DNA of 62,926 nucleotides, the filler included, from Sanchytrium tribonematis (Eukaryota): the NCBI GenBank assembly GCA_018985235.1. It is 19 parts of 19 records of this genome, joined end to end, with 100 filler letters (N's around TTAATTAATTAA, not from the genome) between each part and the next. Parts side by side here need not be neighbours in the genome. Positions count along the whole stretch, not along the records: positions 1 to 17,341 come from JADGIG010000123.1; positions 17,442 to 19,041 come from JADGIG010001250.1; positions 19,142 to 20,741 come from JADGIG010001251.1; positions 20,842 to 22,441 come from JADGIG010001252.1; positions 22,542 to 24,140 come from JADGIG010001253.1; 14 more parts are not named here. One strand, 5' to 3'. The notes under the pieces were generated by a model. That model was not told the origin of the DNA, ran no database searches, and saw nothing but the letters and a program-made list of their open reading frames with translations. Positions within the stretch are counted from its first letter, which is position 1, and each line of letters opens with the position of its first letter. The position numbers and the translations under genes were made by a program. This document shows positions 11,613 to 22,651 of this stretch, piece after piece.

Positions 11613-12729
11613 CTATAATTTGTATGATAGCTGATAGATTTTCGGTAAACACTGCGAATGTAATTTCGATGGAAATACTGATATTGGTATCCTGCTCTCT
11701 AAGGTCCGTAAGGTTCTTTTATGAGGTTTGAAAATGGCGACCAAATCGTTGGACTTTTCTTCTTCTAGGCCCAAGCTGAGTTCTGTTGGAATTTCGATTT
11801 TAACCTTCAAAAACCATGCTAACTTAATTTGCTTACTTTCAAATCCTGAAGTTGCTTGGGGCGGAATTTGTACCGTAAATATGTTTTTGTACTGATTCAT
11901 CCCTGTAAAAAAAACTGAATTCCAGGTTTTTTTCCCAAGCCTACCATCAACGTGTGTCTCTTCAGTTTCGACCGAAATTTCAATATTACAGCAAAAATCA
12001 TGCAATGCCTTGATACTACCAATAATTGGCCTTCCCAATATGGATGCGGACTTGAAAATAGTTACTTTAGCAATTTTGGCATCATCATTTGAGATGTAGA
12101 AATAAACTTGATTAATTTCAAATACCAGAATCGCTATCAATGACATTTTGCTCCACTTCATCCAAAAATACGTCCAGATTCATTTGCTCCTGAATCTCAT
12201 CAAAATCTTGGGGGTTTCTCAAAGCATCTATCATCTGAATTAGCTTTCTCGGAGAAGTTGGAGACATTAGACTGTCAATACCTTGAACTGAGAAAGCTAA
12301 AGGTTGAAAATAGAAACCCTTTTCGAAATCAAAATCTTCGCAATTGTTTGAGCCCGCAGGAAAATAAATAAATGGTGCCTGAAGCTGTTTCGACTGTTCA
12401 TTTTCATATACAAAAAAAACAACCATTTTGTAGATTATTTTAAAGCTTGATCCTTGGTTGTAAGTGGGAGGCAGTTTGTGAGGCATAATTACAGATACTT
12501 TGCAATTCGTATAGTCTGCAATATATGGTTTTGATGAATAGAACGTGTGCTCAGAATGATAAAAATAATTGCCCACTCCTTTCATTTTAAAATTTTCAAG
12601 CTTGACGTTTTTAGAGAATATCTCACCAACAACTTGGAATAATACCAATTCAACATCTTGCTCATTAATTATTTTGAATTTGAGCTTTTCTCCAGAAAAA
12701 CACACTTGATTTTCAAAGATCACCGACAT
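11613..12729 (-). CDS. RGP1: Rgp1-like (Ric1-Rgp1 GEF subunit, arrestin-like fold), 365 aa, 2 exons
   Basis: FSGE N-terminus, LPPTY...FKIIYK, ETEE, IPPQATSGFES...LAWFLKV, IPISVFP. Confidence 0.7.
12107..12125 (-). other. 19-nt spliceosomal intron (GTATTTGAAATTAATCAAG)
   Basis: Joins two overlapping ORFs in frame (DSDSV-YFYIS). Confidence 0.9.
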
Positions 12730-12763
12730 TTATAATTTCCTGTTGAAACTCCGTTTTAGGCAA
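12730..12763. promoter_or_regulatory. 34-nt bidirectional intergenic spacer with ACTCC element (RGP1/TMCO1)
   Basis: Head-to-head ATGs; ACTCC at 12748-12752 matches the recurrent start-proximal motif. Confidence 0.55.
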
Positions 12764-13234
12764 ATGACATTTGCTTCGGGATTACTTGTTGCATTTATCA
12801 CAAGTATCTTGAGCGAGCTGGCGAATTGGTATTTTGTATTTGGAACCAAGGAATACAAAATATATCAAGATCGCATCAACAACATTCAAAAATTGAAGAA
12901 GAAAACGAAAATATCGGACAAGGATCTTAGACATTATACAATGCTCAGCAGTAGAATGCAATTCAAGTCTTTGATTTTTACAAGTGTCATTTTATTTGTG
13001 GGTTACAATTATGTACCGGGTGATACAATTGTACTGCCATTTAAGGCTCCATTTTCTTACTTACAGCGAAATATCAAGGACCCAACAGAATATCTTGCCA
13101 CAGATATGTTTGTATACGTTTTGGGTATGGCCGTATTTAAATCATTGCTCCAAAAACTGTTGAATGGTAGCAACAATATGCAACTAGCATTTAAATTAGC
13201 TCAAGAAGATTTTGAGAAAAAATGGAATTCATAA
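12764..13234 (+). CDS. TMCO1: TMCO1/EMC3-family (Oxa1 superfamily) ER membrane protein
   Basis: LSELANWYFVF..KEYK, coiled region, LPF.AP, FVYVL...LQKLL. Confidence 0.7.
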   Translation: MTFASGLLVAFITSILSELANWYFVFGTKEYKIYQDRINNIQKLKKKTKISDKDLRHYTMLSSRMQFKSLIFTSVILFVGYNYVPGDTIVLPFKAPFSYLQRNIKDPTEYLATDMFVYVLGMAVFKSLLQKLLNGSNNMQLAFKLAQEDFEKKWNS

Positions 13235-13269
13235 AATAAAAAAATCTTCTGAATCTCCTTTTCAAACTC

Positions 13270-15295
13270 ATGTCCCAGCAAAATTATTATAATCAAGGCT
13301 ATCAACGGCCAAATCAACAATCACCACAGCAGCCTCAACAGAATGCTCAATCTCCTCAAATGCAAAATAACTCACCCCAAATGGCACCTAATATGTACCA
13401 GCAACATATGATGATGAATCAAATGAGAATGAATCCACAGATGAATCAACAAATGATGTACCAATATATGCGAGGTCAAATGCCCATGCAATCTATACCC
13501 CAAAATATAAATCCTCAAATGATTGCAGCACAAATACAGCAAAATACCCCAACAATCCATCAACCAATGCCACCTTCGAACCCGCCCCCTATGAATCCGC
13601 AAATGAATCAGCAGATGCAACAACAAATGCAGCAACAGAGGTTGTCTGCGCAGTATTCAAATTATCAGCAGTACACAGCTAGAATGCCTCATCAAATTCA
13701 ACAATATCAAATGCCCTATAAAAAATCAACCCCATCATTCAATAGAAATCCCACTACAAGTCAAACCGCCACTCCTCCTAAACCGTTGCAATTAATGTCT
13801 GAAACAAAAAAGTTATTTGTTCCTCCTCCTAAACCCAATAATCCTCCTACCCACATACCGTCTGCTAAACAAGTTGGAATTAAATTACTTCAGCCAATTA
13901 AAAATGACGATTCTGCAATGATTCATAAAAAAACAAAAGATCAAGCATCTAGACTTTTAAAAGATGAGCTGCGTATTCTATTCAGAACAATGGACCGGAA
14001 AAGAGCCTTTTTTCAATTTGTTAAAGAATTTGATGAGACCATTGCTAAGAGAACATCTAATTTACAGCGATATTATGATAATCAGAAACTAGCTGTTGCA
14101 AAGCAGTTTGATAAACATTCCACGATTGGTAAAATTATGGCAATTCACCATGCGCGCTCAAATATTTCCACAATCAAAATTATTAAAGATACCAAAAATA
14201 TTGGATATAAAATTGGTGATGTAGACATTGTCGAAAAAGAGTATTTTCAGAAGAAAAAGAATGCAAGAGTGATGCCTTGCCGCTGGGTTGGTTTACATGA
14301 GAGAGCAAACTACGGCCGTCGTGTGAGGCTTCCAGCTGTTTCTGTATTTGATAAACACAAATTTCCAGCTACATCAAGACTTCAATCTCTGGCTCCAATA
14401 CGTCTTAATATTGATATGGATGGTTTGGCCATAGCTGATACGTTTACTTGGGATGTAAGTAACAATTCAAATACCTTTTCATTCAATGTTACACCCGAAA
14501 TTTTTGCCTATATTTTGGCCGAGGATTTTAAATATCCTCTGCATAAAGATTTTATAGATAAAATTATAGAGCAAATCAGCAATGGACTTGAAGACTATAT
14601 GATATGTCCTTATACTGGGGTATCCTCTTATTTTTCTAAAGATGAAGACGATATCAACGAAGACGAGAAAGTAAAATCAAATGATTTGAGAATTGTAATC
14701 AAAATCAACGTAACAATTGGCTTCGTACGACTCGACGACGAATTTGAGTGGGATATATTTAATCTGGACAACTCACCGGAAGAATTTGCAGAGGTCTTGT
14801 GTAGCGAGCTTCATTTGGGAGGCGAATTCATGTATAACTTTTTAATTTAGAACAGCAATAGCGCATTCGATTCGGGAACAATGCTTCATACATCTTAAGG
14901 CTCTTCATAATATTGGGTACACCTTTGACGGCCGGAATATATCGGATTTCGATCTTGAACTTGCTCAATTTTTCTGTCCTATAATCGAAGAAACAACTTT
15001 ATTTAGAGAATACCCTGCTTTCCCTGACTACCATATCAGCACCTATGAACAGATGCTAGCACTAGAAAAGGAGCGTGAAAGAGAAAATCGATACCAAAAG
15101 CGTAAAACTAGAACTAGAAGAAATGTTGTACCTGATAAAGAACCACCAAAAACGTGGAATTCTACCATACATTCCATGTCATATGGAAAATACCCCGCTT
15201 TTGAGTCCACCTTCAGGCAGATAAACGCAGACCAGGTACAATTCGATAACCCTTTGACTCCAGCGGTAGCTATCGTAGATGATTTAAGCGAATAA
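13270..15295 (+). CDS. SNF5: Snf5/INI1-family SWI/SNF subunit with Q/P/M-rich N-terminus, 668 aa, 2 exons
   Basis: PIRLNID...DTFTWD repeat 1, DEFEWD...SPEEFA repeat 2; splicing restores GEFITAIAHSIREQ and joins ORF 15053-15295. Confidence 0.88.
14832..14850 (+). other. 19-nt spliceosomal intron (GTATAACTTTTTAATTTAG)
   Basis: Restores the conserved GEF.TAIAHSIREQ motif. Confidence 0.95.
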
Positions 15296-15317
15296 AATTG
15301 TACAATGTTTGTAAAAC

Positions 15318-16334
15318 ATGGGGGACCCTTTATTTTTAACAAAAAGCAAGAGAGAAGAAGCGAACCTCAAAGATGGTCCTTTCACCACCTTGGAAATCGA
15401 TCAGATGAAAGAAGGTGTCCAAAATTTTGTAAATATGCATTCTCTTTCTAATGACGATTTAATTGATGTACTTTTTCAGGGATCCAGAAAAGATTTGAGA
15501 AAGCTATTCTACAAGTATCTTTCAGGGGACGTGTTGCCAGGCAGATCACATAGTAGTATATATTATAGAGTTCGACGATTGTTGCACCCAAATAATTTGA
15601 AGGGAAAATTTACTCCAGAAGAGGACGAAATGATTCTCAAACTCCAAAAACAACACGGAAATAGCTGGAAACTAATTGGGGAAGGGATAGGACGCATGGG
15701 TGAGTGCTGTAGGGATAGATATTTCAAGCATTTGAGGCTTCTAGACAAAAATTATGAATCAGGTTTGTGGGACGATGCATTAGAAAGTAAACTAATAGAA
15801 ATAGTATCTCAGTACCTGCCAAAATCTGGAAAACTGAAAATGAGTGATGTTCACCAGCCTCTCCCTTGGAAGAAAATATCCGAAGCAATTGAATTGAGAT
15901 CACCTGATTCTTGCCAAACCAAATGGTACGGCGGTCTTGCTGCTAAAGTGTGGAGATCAATGGCAACAAGCATTCAAGACGAAGAAATTGTGATTAAGAA
16001 AACTGATAAAATTAAAAATGCAAACCGTATAATGTTCAAATGGACATTCCAAGACGACATGAACTTATTAAATGCTATCCAGATACTAAATGTGCGTTTT
16101 CCGGCTGATATAAGCTGGTCCGCAATCGCCAAGACAATAACACATGCGTTAGCTGAAAATCGTGAGGATGAGACATCAGCTCAAGTGCGAGTATTTACCT
16201 CCAGTATGGCTAATTCAAGATTTAACAGATTAAGAACACTAATTTTTAATGGAAAAAACTTTTCGGTTGCCGAAGTTTGTCTTTATTATTTAGAAAATGA
16301 TTGTGGTAGGCTTTCTCAACTACATTCCAAATAG
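15318..16334 (+). CDS. Reb1/TTF1/DMTF1-like Myb-repeat DNA-binding protein (ends at 16356 if 16275-16293 is spliced)
   Basis: KGKFTPEED, GNSWKLIG, CRDRY, GLWDD, PWKKIS..RSPDSCQTKW Myb repeats. Confidence 0.8.
   Translation: MGDPLFLTKSKREEANLKDGPFTTLEIDQMKEGVQNFVNMHSLSNDDLIDVLFQGSRKDLRKLFYKYLSGDVLPGRSHSSIYYRVRRLLHPNNLKGKFTPEEDEMILKLQKQHGNSWKLIGEGIGRMGECCRDRYFKHLRLLDKNYESGLWDDALESKLIEIVSQYLPKSGKLKMSDVHQPLPWKKISEAIELRSPDSCQTKWYGGLAAKVWRSMATSIQDEEIVIKKTDKIKNANRIMFKWTFQDDMNLLNAIQILNVRFPADISWSAIAKTITHALAENREDETSAQVRVFTSSMANSRFNRLRTLIFNGKNFSVAEVCLYYLENDCGRLSQLHSK
16275..16293 (+). other. candidate 19-nt intron (GTTTGTCTTTATTATTTAG)
   Basis: Matches length and T12/A14/T15 consensus; no homology constraint visible. 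Confidence 0.55.
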
Positions 16335-16335
16335 A

Positions 16336-17016
16336 TCAATCATCAAACCATTTTGACTTCTTTTTTACTTTAATTTGATGAATTAATTTTTTGTTTACAT
16401 TATTGCTTTCAGGCAAATCAGGAAGTGTTGGTATTTGGTGATTTACGTTATTCTGAATTCTTGCTAATCTCTCTTTCGCACTTTTGGAAAGTAGCTTCGA
16501 AGGTTTGTCATTATTTAGTGTATTTGTATTAGGTTTAATCATTCCTAAATCTTCGGCATCATCTAGTTCCACATCCTCCTTTTGTGCAATATTAAATCCG
16601 ATTCTATTTTTCATTTTTTGAATTTGCGTTTGCTCGTGTCTAACTTTCCTTTTACCTCCTCGCTGTTTTTTAATTTCTGTATGTATCACAATTGCCTTTT
16701 TCTTAGTCAAAGGTGGTGGCTCCATCATTTTGTCCAATCTTGATTCAATAAATTTTCTACATTCTTGTCCATATTTACCATCAGACTGATGCTCTTTTTG
16801 GAGATCTAACCTTGCGCATAAAGTCAATTTGTTGCATATCAATTTCGTAATTTGACGCTCAAGCTTTACATCATATTCATTAAAGTATGGGTGATTTTTA
16901 ATAGTTGGATTACGATACAAATATGAGCCCGGTATGGAAGACAGTTCAGCTAAAGTGTATTTTTGAGTAAGTTCTTGAGCTAATGATTTTCCTAGCAACA
17001 CTTCCACATTTTTCAT
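16336..17016 (-). CDS. PRP31: N-terminally truncated Prp31-like U4/U6 snRNP protein (226 aa)
   Basis: Nop domain (LAELSSIPG, KLTLCARLD, DGKYG), KMMEPPP, KKQRGGKR, KMKNRIGF, EDLGMI. Confidence 0.8.
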   Translation of the reverse strand: MKNVEVLLGKSLAQELTQKYTLAELSSIPGSYLYRNPTIKNHPYFNEYDVKLERQITKLICNKLTLCARLDLQKEHQSDGKYGQECRKFIESRLDKMMEPPPLTKKKAIVIHTEIKKQRGGKRKVRHEQTQIQKMKNRIGFNIAQKEDVELDDAEDLGMIKPNTNTLNNDKPSKLLSKSAKERLARIQNNVNHQIPTLPDLPESNNVNKKLIHQIKVKKKSKWFDD

Positions 17017-17041
17017 TTGCTTCTGATACAAGCGGAAAATA

Positions 17042-17341
17042 ATGTTGAATGACCTCGCTACTCAAATATCGAAATTAGTTAGGATTCATACGCCTTTTCT
17101 AAATGACTCCACCTTGGATGGGTTATTAAAGGAATTAGGAAAAGTTTTAATTGCAGCAGACGTACAAGTCGCTTTGGTGGCCAAATTGAGAGACAATGTC
17201 AAAAAGCAATGCTATGGTGAAAAAATTGACAGAAAAATAGTTTTGCAGTCTCTATGCAAGAACTTAGTTGAGCTTCTCGATTCAACGGAAGGTAAGAAAA
17301 AACCTTGGGAGCCAACAAAGAAGCGACCGAATGTTGTGGTA
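17042..17341 (+). CDS. SRP54: SRP54 N-terminal part (truncated by contig end)
   Basis: LLKEL..VLIAADVQVALVAKLRDNVK, ELLD, WEPTKKRPNVV. Confidence 0.85.
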
Positions 17342-17441
17342 NNNNNNNNNNNNNNNNNNNNNNNNNNNNNNNNNNNNNNNNNNNNTTAATTAATTAANNN
17401 NNNNNNNNNNNNNNNNNNNNNNNNNNNNNNNNNNNNNNNNN
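17342..17441. other. artificial contig linker N44-TTAATTAATTAA-N44. Identical linkers start at 19042, 20742, 22442, 24141, 25839, 27531, 29221, 30904, 48259, 49933, 51595, 53256, 54905, 56529, 58149, 59745 and 61337
   Basis: Identical 100-nt spacer with stops in all six frames; genes are cut at each one. Confidence 0.99.
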
Positions 17442-19041
17442 CTTGAAGGTGGTTTGACATGGTGGATTTCCTATTCGGCAAGGTGTTTGATATCTTGGAA
17501 TTGCGCGACATAGAAGTAGATTATAATGTGGTGATTTGATTGGGTGTTTGTGCAGTATTGAATGAAATTCAAAGGATGCAGAAGGTTTTAGAATTATGTT
17601 TGTGGGTTTCTCAACATATAAATTGTATTTTGTTGCCATGTCTATTTGATGTTTGAAATAAATAAACTCATTTCTCGCTGCAAAGTCGGGATATTTAACT
17701 AATTCTACCAGTGTACTAGTTGCTAGTCCAATTGGAGACCCTACTAAATTTTTTACAATTCTTTTGACAAATGATTGGAATTTGTAAAGCTGCTTTGGTT
17801 TGAATTGAAGATTTGGCATATTTTGCTCAATCAAAGGTGTAATGTGACATGTGAGTAATCTTGAACAACATTGAAGTGGTAAACCACCATAAAACAAGCC
17901 AATTTGTTTCAGCTGATTCTCTTTTTTGTATAATTTAGTCATCACTACATTAAATTGATCATCAACCGCAATACCATCGCTTTGAAATTGATATCCAAGA
18001 TATCTTTCCGATGATTGGGTGGTGTTGATATTAGAGACAGAAGATAGAACAGTATTAGTGACAATCTTGCTTTTACTGCAATTGATATTTAGTCCTAATT
18101 CTGCTAATTTACTAGATAATTGTGTGATTAGTGATTCAGTCGCAATTAGATTGGTACTTACTGACGCATGGTCATCGGCAAACAACTGTAATAGAGATTC
18201 ACATTCATTAATTAAAGAATAAATTGGTTGAAGACAACTGGTGAAAAGAAAAGGGGATAGACAATCACCCTGTGTCACTCCAGATGTGGTTATGACCGCT
18301 TTACTTTTAATATTACCAATTTGAAGATGGCAATGTTGTTGTGAGACTAATTTAGAAAGCACAATGGCAATAGTATGAGGTGCCCGTTCAAGATATTTTA
18401 AAATATGACATCTATCAAGGCTATCGAATGCTTTAGCAATGTCAAAAAAGCCAATAAATACAGGTAAATGCATTGAATTGATTTGTTTAATGTATTTGTT
18501 TAAACAATAGACCGCTTCATGGATAGATTTATCTGGACAAAATCCAAATTGGGAAGCTGGTCGAGTATCTGGAAGATGTGGAAGAATTGACTTACCAAAA
18601 ACCCGTCTGATAAATGATAATAATCCAATTGGACGATGATTTTCGGCTAAATTTCGTTTCCCCTTATTCTTATAAAGTGCGATTAACAATACTACCCTAA
18701 ATTGGCTGGGTATTTTCCCAATCAGTAGCATTTTATTAAACAGGCCGTGAAATATTGATGTAAAAGTGGATAAGGCATATTTTAAAACAATTCCTGGGAT
18801 TTGGTCATCCCCAGGGGTTTTGTGTAGATTTGTTCTTAAAATTGCTGATTTGATTTCTTCCTCAGATAATATGACTGATTGTTGATGATTTATATGGCTA
18901 AGATTGGCAATTTCTGCTCTGGTAATGTCCAGATGTTTCATCATTGGAGCGGTAATGGCATCTACATGCTCATCTATTCTCACTACATCCAATCCGTTAA
19001 GCTGTCTGTTATTTTTACGCGATCCCTCCGATTTGCTATTT
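17442..19041 (-). mobile_element. non-LTR retrotransposon (LINE) reverse transcriptase ORF, open across the whole contig
   Basis: KTPGDDQI, NHRPIGLL, QFGF, FDIAKAFDS, GVTQGDCLSPFLF, FADD, RYLGY. Confidence 0.95.
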
Positions 19042-19568
19042 NNNNNNNNNNNNNNNNNNNNNNNNNNNNNNNNNNNNNNNNNNNNTTAATTAATTAANNN
19101 NNNNNNNNNNNNNNNNNNNNNNNNNNNNNNNNNNNNNNNNNCAAGAAAAGAAAAACAAGGGTAAACAACAAAAAGCTTAAGTTAATAAATTCTTGTTGAC
19201 AAATACATGCCCTTTTGTAATTATGGTAAAGGCTTCTCAATACACAATTTTAATAATTTTGGAAGAGTACACTTAGATTGCGCATTAGAATGTGTTCAGG
19301 ATACTATTGAATTACATTTTTAGCATTCTCTCTGCCCTGTTCAAAATTAAAAACTTTGAAAAAAATTCAATTCTTGCAGTCTCATTGTAAATTGTTTTGC
19401 GAATACAAATTCGATTCCTACTAAATTACAGATAGTATGAGCCCGGTTATCATTAGCCATCGGGGACAATCTCCAATATATTTTCTCCTACACGATCCGT
19501 AATTTCCTTCATCGTAAATTTCAATGTGATTCGCTTGAATTTCTTTATAAAGGACTAACCACAAAACA

Positions 19569-20009
19569 ATGGACATGCATTCACTAATTGATTACTTAGC
19601 ATACACCATTAAGCAAAATTCTGAGAAAGACAACGTAGTTGCTCTGCATATATTACTAGAGAAGTTTGTGACTAAATCGTTAATCAATATGGACGTACTT
19701 ATATTTGCATTGATATACTTTCAATTATTCACTATACGGAACAATGGCGCAGCTAATTTTGACCACTTCATATCTTGTGTGGTGGTTGCTACCAAATTTC
19801 TTGAGTCACAAAAAAGATGCCTATCAAAATACGCCAGAATTTGTGCTATACCATCGCACCGAATGAGAGAATTAGAAAAATATATATTATCAACGTTAGA
19901 TTATCATCTAAATATTCCTGAAAACATTTATTCCTCAACCTGCCATTATTTACATTTAGCCATGCACGAAAATAACTCAAAGACTATCAGGCTTCATTCT
20001 GGTCAATAA
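19569..20009 (+). CDS. minimal cyclin-box protein (Pho80/Pcl-like)
   Basis: ALIY, CVVVATKFLE, ELEKYILSTLDYHLNI. Confidence 0.75.
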   Translation: MDMHSLIDYLAYTIKQNSEKDNVVALHILLEKFVTKSLINMDVLIFALIYFQLFTIRNNGAANFDHFISCVVVATKFLESQKRCLSKYARICAIPSHRMRELEKYILSTLDYHLNIPENIYSSTCHYLHLAMHENNSKTIRLHSGQ

Positions 20010-20056
20010 ATTTATGTTCGTAGCAAAATTCACTCAATTTTCCAAGGAGTAAATTC

Positions 20057-20741
20057 ATGATACGGTTCGGAATCACAACGGTCCGTTTATTCAAATCTAG
20101 GCCACCAATTTGTTGTATATTAGGGCATGTAGATCACGGAAAATCTACGTTGCTAGACTATCTCAGAAGACATGAGTCCAAATATAAAATTACTTCAGGA
20201 GAATTTGGTGGAATTACTCAACATATTGGACCTTTTGAAGTTAATTTAAAATCTTCTTCTGAGCGAATAACGTTTTTGGACTTGCCAGGACATGCTGCCT
20301 TTGAAGAAATGAGAAGAAGAGGTGCACAAGGTGCCGATATCGGAATTTTAGTTGTCGCTGCGAATGACGGCATCAAAACTCAAACTTCAAAGGCAATTGA
20401 ACATATAAGAAACAACAAACTACCCTATATTGTTGCTATTAATAAGATTGATAGATCAGACTCTCGCGTCGATCACGTTAAGAAACAATTACTAGCTGCT
20501 GGTGTTGAACTGGAAGAAATTGGAGGAGACGTCCCTTGTATATCAATAAGTTCCACAAAAGGAACTAATATCGACCTTTTAGAAGAAAACATTGTTGCTC
20601 TTGCTCAATCTTTAGAGCTCCAAGAAACATCGAAAAATTTTGAAGCCCTTGTAGTGGAATCTAGAATTAAAAAAGGAGTCGGTGCTGTTACTACCCTAGT
20701 ACCGATATCAGGTAATTTAGGGCGGGGCAGTGTCCTATACT
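20057..20741 (+). CDS. IFM1: mitochondrial translation initiation factor IF2, 5' part
   Basis: RPP..CILGHVDHGKSTLLD, GGITQHIG, FLDLPGHAAF, INKID. Confidence 0.93.
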
Positions 20742-20841
20742 NNNNNNNNNNNNNNNNNNNNNNNNNNNNNNNNNNNNNNNNNNNNTTAATTAATTAANNN
20801 NNNNNNNNNNNNNNNNNNNNNNNNNNNNNNNNNNNNNNNNN

Positions 20842-21360
20842 GACTTCATCGACCCTTACTTTGATGACAGTGAGGTGGAGGACCAGGCAAAAGAAGTACT
20901 TAATGCCCTCCAGGACAACATGAACGATATTAAAGATAAATTATCAGAACTCCCAGCACCAGAAGACAATAATAGGAAAATTTTTAATGACATCCGTCAA
21001 AAATCTGAGAATATGGCATCAGGAACTCTCAAACTAATGGAAACCGTTCAGGATAACATCACTGTCATAACAACCAAGGAAATTGACGAATTCACGGAAA
21101 TGGCGCAGAGGTTAGAATCTGTACTTTCTAAACCAAAATCTTTTAAAAATGATGAAAATATCAGAAGATTAACTGATTATCAATCCAGTATTGATCAAAT
21201 TAATATTGCAATGGGAGAAATCGTTAAAAATTTAAATTTGAATGACGAGCAAGATAGAGAGCGCAGTAGAATCATTGAAAGGCCCATGTCACGATATGGT
21301 GGCAACACAGGCAAAAGACTTCGATCTCCTGTAAGCAGTAGACCTAGGAGGCGAATTTGA
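20842..21360 (+). CDS. 3' part of an unknown coiled-coil protein
   Basis: Open frame from near the contig edge to TGA. Confidence 0.6.
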   Translation, partial: DFIDPYFDDSEVEDQAKEVLNALQDNMNDIKDKLSELPAPEDNNRKIFNDIRQKSENMASGTLKLMETVQDNITVITTKEIDEFTEMAQRLESVLSKPKSFKNDENIRRLTDYQSSIDQINIAMGEIVKNLNLNDEQDRERSRIIERPMSRYGGNTGKRLRSPVSSRPRRRI

Positions 21361-21392
21361 ACTTATAAATAACCTTCACAAATTTATTTTAC

Positions 21393-21515
21393 TCAAGCTT
21401 TTTTTGCACCAGCCTTCGCTTTCTTTTCAACCTTAGGCTTTGCACCATCCACCTTTTCAGTTACTTTTTCTGCAGACTCCTTAGTTGGTTTCTCTGTTTT
21501 TGCTGGCTTTCCCAT
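21393..21515 (-). CDS. 40-aa Lys/Ala/Glu-rich microprotein (MGKPAKTEKPTKESAEKVTEKVDGAKPKVEKKAKAGAKKA)
   Basis: Manual translation; coding-like composition; AATAAA a few nt after TGA. Confidence 0.6.
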   Translation of the reverse strand: MGKPAKTEKPTKESAEKVTEKVDGAKPKVEKKAKAGAKKA

Positions 21516-21681
21516 TATAAGCACAGAATTGAAACAAATTCTATATAAAGTGAATTTGGAGTCACCTGATCAAATTTTAGCAAGTGTTACAATTTTTGGA
21601 TTTAAAAGCCTAAATTGATGTCTAATTAGCTACTTATATAATTTGAGTAATAATAATTTCTTGAAACAACTTTTCATCTGC

Positions 21682-21912
21682 ATGTTTTTTGAGTATCACA
21701 ATCAGCTTAATATTGAAGAAAACATGCTCAAAGTCAAAAATTTGCTGCATCAAAATTCCGAGCTCACATTAACAGCCGCTGACCCTTATATAGCGGATCT
21801 ATTAATAATTATTCTACTTTTAAACGAAGAACAATTTTGCAAATACGAAATCTATACCCAGAAACACTCGGTTATTATTGAATTGAAATCATTAATGATA
21901 AAGAATAAATAA
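21682..21912 (+). CDS. possible small protein of unknown function
   Basis: ATG ORF whose stop abuts the convergent gene. Confidence 0.35.
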   Translation: MFFEYHNQLNIEENMLKVKNLLHQNSELTLTAADPYIADLLIIILLLNEEQFCKYEIYTQKHSVIIELKSLMIKNK

Positions 21913-21913
21913 T

Positions 21914-22441
21914 TTACTCTTCTGCTGCATCTAATTCTAATTCCTTCAATTTTGCAAGACGAAAAGTCTCCAAGTCGTTGTGGCCTTCTAAAATTTCTTT
22001 TTTCTTATCATCAAATTCAGCAATATGTTTTTCTTCTTGATCAGATTTAATTTTTTCAATCTCAGCTAACTTTTGATCAATGTTTTCAATAACTTGTGGA
22101 ATTTGACTCGCCTTCGTAGGTGGTTGGACATTCAACAAAGAGAAGTACTCGATGCTTTTCAAATCAAACGTACACTTTTTCATGCGAGAGAGACTAGTTT
22201 TCAAGCTATTTCCAGCTCTAATTTTATCCTCAAAGCCTTGGGGTTTATTAGATAAATTTTCCAATTGTCTCTTTTTTTCCTTAAGTAAATGGTCAAAACT
22301 CTCTTTTTTACGCTGTTGTGCAATTTCAAGATGATGTTTTTGCATATACTGCTGGTATGCGTGTGAATCATCATTATATTGTTTCACCTTTGACTGTTTT
22401 TTATCGACAATGGCTTTTGAAGCATTAGACTTTTTACCTGT
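21914..22441 (-). CDS. 3' part of a Bfr1-like coiled-coil protein
   Basis: FDLKSIEYFSLLNVQPPTKASQIPQVIENI resembles the Bfr1/proton-pump-interactor C-terminal motif. Confidence 0.5.
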   Translation of the reverse strand, partial: TGKKSNASKAIVDKKQSKVKQYNDDSHAYQQYMQKHHLEIAQQRKKESFDHLLKEKKRQLENLSNKPQGFEDKIRAGNSLKTSLSRMKKCTFDLKSIEYFSLLNVQPPTKASQIPQVIENIDQKLAEIEKIKSDQEEKHIAEFDDKKKEILEGHNDLETFRLAKLKELELDAAEE

Positions 22442-22651
22442 NNNNNNNNNNNNNNNNNNNNNNNNNNNNNNNNNNNNNNNNNNNNTTAATTAATTAANNN
22501 NNNNNNNNNNNNNNNNNNNNNNNNNNNNNNNNNNNNNNNNNTATCCAAATATTTTTTATCATCAAACGTACATATTCCTGCGTTAAGTCTTGAATTTTCT
22601 AATGAACGTTATAATATAAAACAATTGAAATAGAATAAATGAAAGGTTTTA

